Origin: Mustelus asterias
Lineage: Eukaryota
Reading direction: 5' to 3'
DNA length: 64,000 nt
Assembly (NCBI RefSeq): GCF_964213995.1
Contig: NC_135830.1
Location: 8,060,001 to 8,124,000 of the forward strand
Shown: positions 59,221-64,000 of the stretch, piece by piece
Position numbering within the stretch: position 1 is the first letter of the stretch
How the letters are laid out: every line of letters begins with the position of its first letter
The notes under the pieces: generated by a model
Database searches by the model: none
What the model was told of the DNA's origin: nothing
What the model saw: only the letters and a program-made list of their open reading frames with translations
Made by a program: the position numbers and the translations under genes

Positions 59221-60529
59221 GCTATTAGAAGGGGAGAATTTACAGACACAAATCTCAACAAACATGACGTTAGGATCTGACAGAGTCACACAATTATTCT
59301 GGATCTGAATACCATCGGCATTTGAAACTGGAATGGGAAATGTTTGTCTGTTCCTTCAAACTGTTTAAACATCAGTGTGACTGGAAAATCACTGAGACAC
59401 AGATACTCAAGTGAGAGTATTCCAGTGAACTGACTGTGGAAAGAGCTTTAACCAGTTACACAGCCTGGAAAAGATTGAAGGATTCACAGTGAGGAGAGAC
59501 CATGTATGTGTTATCTATGGGGTCAAACCTTCATCTGAACCTGGAGTTGTACAAAGACACTCAGACCATGGAAATGTAGGGACTGTGGGAAGGGATTCAA
59601 TTGTCCCTCGAAGCTGGAAACCCTTCGATGCAGCCACACTGTGGAGACACTGTTCACCTGCTCTGAGTTTGGAAGGGGATTTCGTGATTCATCCACCCTG
59701 AGGAATCACCAGCAACTTCACATCAGGGAGAGGCCATTCAGCTGCTCTGAGTGTGGGAAGAAATTCAGCGATCCGTCTGCCCTGCTGACACACCAGCGGG
59801 TTCACAATGGGGAGAGACCATTCACCTGTTGTGTGTGTGGAAAGGGATTCACTCAGTCATCTACCCTGCAGAACCACCAGCGATTTCACACGGGTGAGGG
59901 ACTGTTCCCCTGCTCAGAGCGTGGGAAGGGATTCACTCACTCATCCCTCCCGCTGACAAACCAATACATTCACACTGGGCCGAGGCCATTCATCTGCTCC
60001 GAGTGTGGGAAGGGATTCACTCAATTATCTAGTCTGCTGAGACACAAACGATTACACACTGGGGAAAGGCCATTCATCTGATGTGTGTGTGGGAAGTGAC
60101 TCAGTCAATCATCCAGTCTGCTGGAATACTGAGGCACCTCCCCCAATAAGAAACCTGTTCAATGCTCTGACTGTGGGAGCTGCTTTAAAACCTGAGCCTA
60201 CCTGAGGGTCGACCAGCGCATTCACACTGAGGAGACCCCGTTCAGGCACTCTCACTGTGCAAAGAGGGTTAGAACATCATCTGACCTACTGAAACATCAG
60301 GGAATTCACACTGGGGAGAGACCCTGATAATTCCCACTCACTTTCAGCGATTTCTCCTAAAACCTACCAGATTGGAAGCTTCTGCCTGAAATGTTATTTT
60401 CCCTTAGTTTCCAAACTGAGACCATTCACCTGCTCAGTGTGTGGGAAAGGATTCACTTGTTCACCCAAGCTGCTGAGACACCATGGCAGTCACACCCATT
60501 AGTGATCTTTTGGATGCTCTGACTGTGGC
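59221..60529 (+). pseudogene. Tandem C2H2 zinc-finger pseudogene
   Basis: Acceptor tctttcacag at 59211-59220; ORF 59641..60081 has CSECGKxF/HTGERPF; multiple stops and frameshifts. Confidence 0.85.
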
Positions 60530-61010
60530 TGTTAATTATACCAATAGAGGTTAAGTTTATTCAGATGGAGGGCACTGATTAGATAGTTATAATGAGCAGG
60601 TAAAAAGTGGGACTCACTAATATAGTTTGGAGTCAGAGTTGAACCTGTAATGTTTGATTCTGTGAACAAATCTAGACCAAATAAAGATTGACTCCACCCC
60701 AAGGCTGTCAGGATTATAACATGGTAACAGAAAATGCTTGTCTAATGGTGAAGGTTGGAAACTAAAAGAAAGTATATTTCAGACGGAAGCTTCCAATCCC
60801 AGCAGCTTTTGTGAGAAATGACTGAAAGGCAGTGGGAATTGTCAGGGTCTGATTACCTGCTGATGCTCTCGGAGTCTGAACCATACAACCAGTGGAAGAA
60901 TGAAGTGGCGATGTGGACACGGGTTACATCCCGATCAAGGAGGAAACAAGATCTGGCCTTGGCATTGTCACTTCCTAACACAAGGAAAATCAGCAACAAA
61001 GCATTTTCTG
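60530..61010 (+). mobile_element. LTR retrotransposon relic: LTR (60530-60721), PBS, gag 5' end
   Basis: TG...CA ends with an internal AATAAA; PBS TGGTAACAGA (initiator-Met-like) at 60722; gag-like YNQWKNEVAMWTRVT...KQDLALALSLP. Confidence 0.65.
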
Positions 61011-63718
61011 ATCAGCCAAACTGCAAGTTGATAACTGCACTGGCACGGATGATTCATGTAAAGAATTCACTTCAGGTGGTTGGAGGGTAGAATCCCTGTC
61101 AATTGGTCTATGGGAGAAATCCCTAATTCCTCTCTGTGCCGGGCGATCGCCCTCCTGCTTTAAAGGGATACAATTAGTTCCATTTTCAGTCATCAATTAT
61201 CTGATTGTTCCATGAAAAGAATTGCTCGAAGCAACAAATTATTGGAGATACCAGAAGAGGGTTTCTTCATGTGTAACGTTTGGACTGAAGAAGAAAAACC
61301 ATCTTTTTCTTCGATTTGTTTTGAAACTGTTTGTGTGAATTTTTGCGATCCCGGTCAGGACTGTTAACGTTTGCAGAGAAATTCGAACACCCGGTGATTA
61401 ACTGAAAGAATTACATCACAAGATTCCACATTGTTAAACAAAAACAAACTTTACTGTATGTTTAAATAAAATTAAAAAGACAACACTACAAATTGAATAC
61501 AATAAAGATTTATGATATAAACCAAGTTCTATTTTTTTACCTCACCCCAAGAGTTTCATTATACTTAATGATATCTTGAAGGTTCATTCACTTCTGTTCC
61601 TAGGACCTCCCAAAGGTATGTCAAAGCTCTCCACAATTCACTTTAATTCTCCCCAGTACTCCAGATATTCTCCAAGCTCCAAGAGTTTATGGGAGACCAT
61701 CCATTATCTTTTCACGAAACAAGCCTCCAATTTTCCTTTAAGCTCTCAAACTGTGGACTCCTCAGTCCAAACATGGGCTTCACTGCATTCTTGCTGAGGG
61801 ATTTAAATGTTGGAAACACCCCTGGTTTCTAATGGTCCTCTAGGCTTCTAGTCCCACAGATGGTTCACAGCTCCTGATCCCACAATTGGTGGCTTCCAAG
61901 CTAACTGCAGACTGTCCGCTGGAACCAGGTCATTGATTGGAAAGGACTCAAAAGGTTACGGGGAAAAGGCAGGAGAATGGGATTGAGATTTATCAGCCAT
62001 GATCGAATGGCACAGCAGATTCGATGGGCCGAATAACCTAATTCTGCTCCTCTATCTTATGGTCTAATTCTAACCAAGGGTCCACCCTGAATCACATATC
62101 CCCATGGTAACAGAGACGATTGAATATCTAACAGATATTCAGCTTCAAAATTGGACCTTTTTACCTGAGCTCTGCATGAAGAATTCACCTAACAAAAACA
62201 GTGCAATAATTGTCAGTCCCAATGTCTCCAGCTAAAAGACCCAGCTGACCTTTTACAGTTCTTACCTCTCGAGTTTTGACTTCTTAAACCAACATGGGCC
62301 ATGCTTTGTGACTGCGAATTCCCTGAGGGTATTTTCATCAGATTCTCAATCCAGGTTTTCCATTTTTTAAAAGCAATTCTTGCAACTAATTCATATTTCT
62401 AAAACATAGGAATTATGAAATTAGATTTTTGTAACAAAAACAGGAAGAAATGAAAACGTATCACCTTCATAATATCCCATTTAGAATATTACAATATACA
62501 ACATGCTGTATATCTTAACAACAGCCATGATCTTATTGAATGGCGGAGCAGGCTCGAAGGGCCAAATGGCCTCCTCCTGTTCCTAAGTCCACTGTTTTCC
62601 TATGTTGATCTATCTTATAACCTGCAATAGACATAATAATCCCTCCATTGTCTACTTCACATTCACAAGTCCAGCTTGGTAACAGCACACTGCTGGGTTC
62701 CATGTCCAGGAATTCAGTCCACTGAAGATGGAAATTACTGCTTGCAGTCTTTTCTGAAAGTTTTCTTCTTACAATAATTATAGTCCAAAGTTCCTCCTGC
62801 AAAAGGAGAGTCTTCATTGCTGTTCATTTGTGAATTTTCAAGTTCTATTTTGAAAACAGTCTGTACAGAGTTCACATTTTGAAATTTATTTTCTTCCATG
62901 TTTGCAGTTTCTCCATTGTTTAAATCCAGAGAGAAAATTCCACTCAATTCCACATTTAAACCGACTTCTTCTTGCTCAGTTATAGCTGATTCCTTTATTG
63001 TCCAGGAGAGTTACCCCTCTCGCCCCCTCCCTGATCACCACCTCTGCAGAGTTTCCCCGATCACTAGCTCCCTCCCCCATCAGGACTCCTGCAGAGCTCC
63101 CCCCCCCAACCCCCTCCTCAATCACCACCCCTGCAGAATTTCCCAATCACCACTCCCTCCCCCAGGTCAGCTTCACCGCCCCACGGAATGACCCAGGGGT
63201 CCATTGGCGCCTCAAGGGAGGAGGGGGGCCTGGGGACAGTGCTGGGGCCTTCCACCCGGGGGATTCCAGCCGATGGGATGCAGGGCTTTCCGACTCCCCC
63301 TTTCCTGACACCGGTGCATCTCAAGAGCAGCAGGGTGAACAGCAAGGCAAGGATACATCCATATCACCAGGAAGACGGCTGGACCCCTCTAGGTCCCAGC
63401 TCTCCAGCAGACGCCTGTCAGGGGCATCACAGGCAAATGGGTGCGGAGTGCAGCTGGCTGCCTCCAGTTCTGATGTGCATCCTGGGGGGACGTGTTGATG
63501 TGGCGCTGGACCACGGGAGATGGAGATGTTGTGGGGTCGCCAGGAGGGCACGGGTGAAAGTCTATATGAGAAAGGTTTAGGGAATTGGGCTCGGTTGATG
63601 ATCACATCCACCTGTTTTATCGCACTGTTAACTATCGGCCCTTCGTGTTATTGCATTGTTAGTTTCACCAATAAATGTCCAAAGATGTGCAGGTTAGGTT
63701 GATTGGCCATACTAAATT

Positions 63719-64000
63719 GATCATAGAATCATAGAAACCCTACAGTGCAGAAGGAGGCCATTCGGCCCATCGAGTCTGCACCGACCACAATCCCACCCAG
63801 GCCCTACCCCCACATATTTACCCACTAATCCCACTAATCTACGCATCTCAGGACTCTAAGGGGCAATTTTTAACCTGGCCAATCAACCTAACCCGCACAT
63901 CTTTGGACTGTGGGAGGAAACCGGAGCACCCGGAGGAAACCCACGCAGACACGAGGAGAATGTGCAAACTCCACACAGACAGTGACCTGAGCCGGGAATC
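63719..64000 (-). mobile_element. tRNA-derived SINE (HE1/V-SINE-like), well preserved
   Basis: gggaggaaaccggagcacccggaggaaacccacgcagacacgaggagaatgtgcaaactccacacagacagtgac...gccgggaatc; runs off the window end. Confidence 0.85.

Noticed and set aside
62998-63611. GC-rich overlapping ORFs
   Set aside because: Low-complexity C-rich sequence with no recognisable domain or splice structure; probably a decayed repeat.

Overview
Eukaryotic, repeat-rich DNA, most likely from a cartilaginous fish (shark). That assignment is inferred from the shark-type CR1 LINEs, tRNA-derived SINEs, Penelope-like elements (PLEs) and TCR V segments. From 1 to 37 kb there is a decaying, locally duplicated tRNA gene cluster. 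It holds well-preserved tRNA-Thr(AGT), intron-containing Ile(TAT), Asn(GTT), Glu(CTC) and Gln(CTG) genes, a six-unit ~1.25-kb tandem array of tRNA-Val pseudogenes, a tRNA-Gln pseudogene array, and Leu, Ser and Glu relics. This part is heavily invaded by nested CR1 insertions and a 3.45-kb Penelope element (RT + GIY-YIG) whose ~1.06-kb inverted arms each carry a minimal hammerhead-ribozyme motif. From 37 to 41.7 kb lie a strong CTCF-like site, an apparently intact TCR alpha/delta V segment (leader, intron, V exon, 23-RSS) and a second, atypical or disrupted V segment cut off by a 200-N gap. From 41.9 to 64 kb is a cluster of disrupted tandem C2H2 zinc-finger genes around a CpG-rich promoter with VNTRs, plus CR1, PLE-derived mini-elements, SINEs and an LTR/PBS/gag relic. 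Main observations for follow-up: (1) a PLE/hammerhead-derived family of short, TSD-flanked non-autonomous elements, including one chimeric PLE-CR1 insertion; (2) a 144-bp-arm foldback directly upstream of an anticodon-shifted tRNA-Thr; (3) a possible tRNA/CTCF boundary next to the TCR V genes; (4) a 3'UTR block shared between zinc-finger paralogues. All calls were made by eye with no database searches, and coordinates of decayed repeats are approximate.
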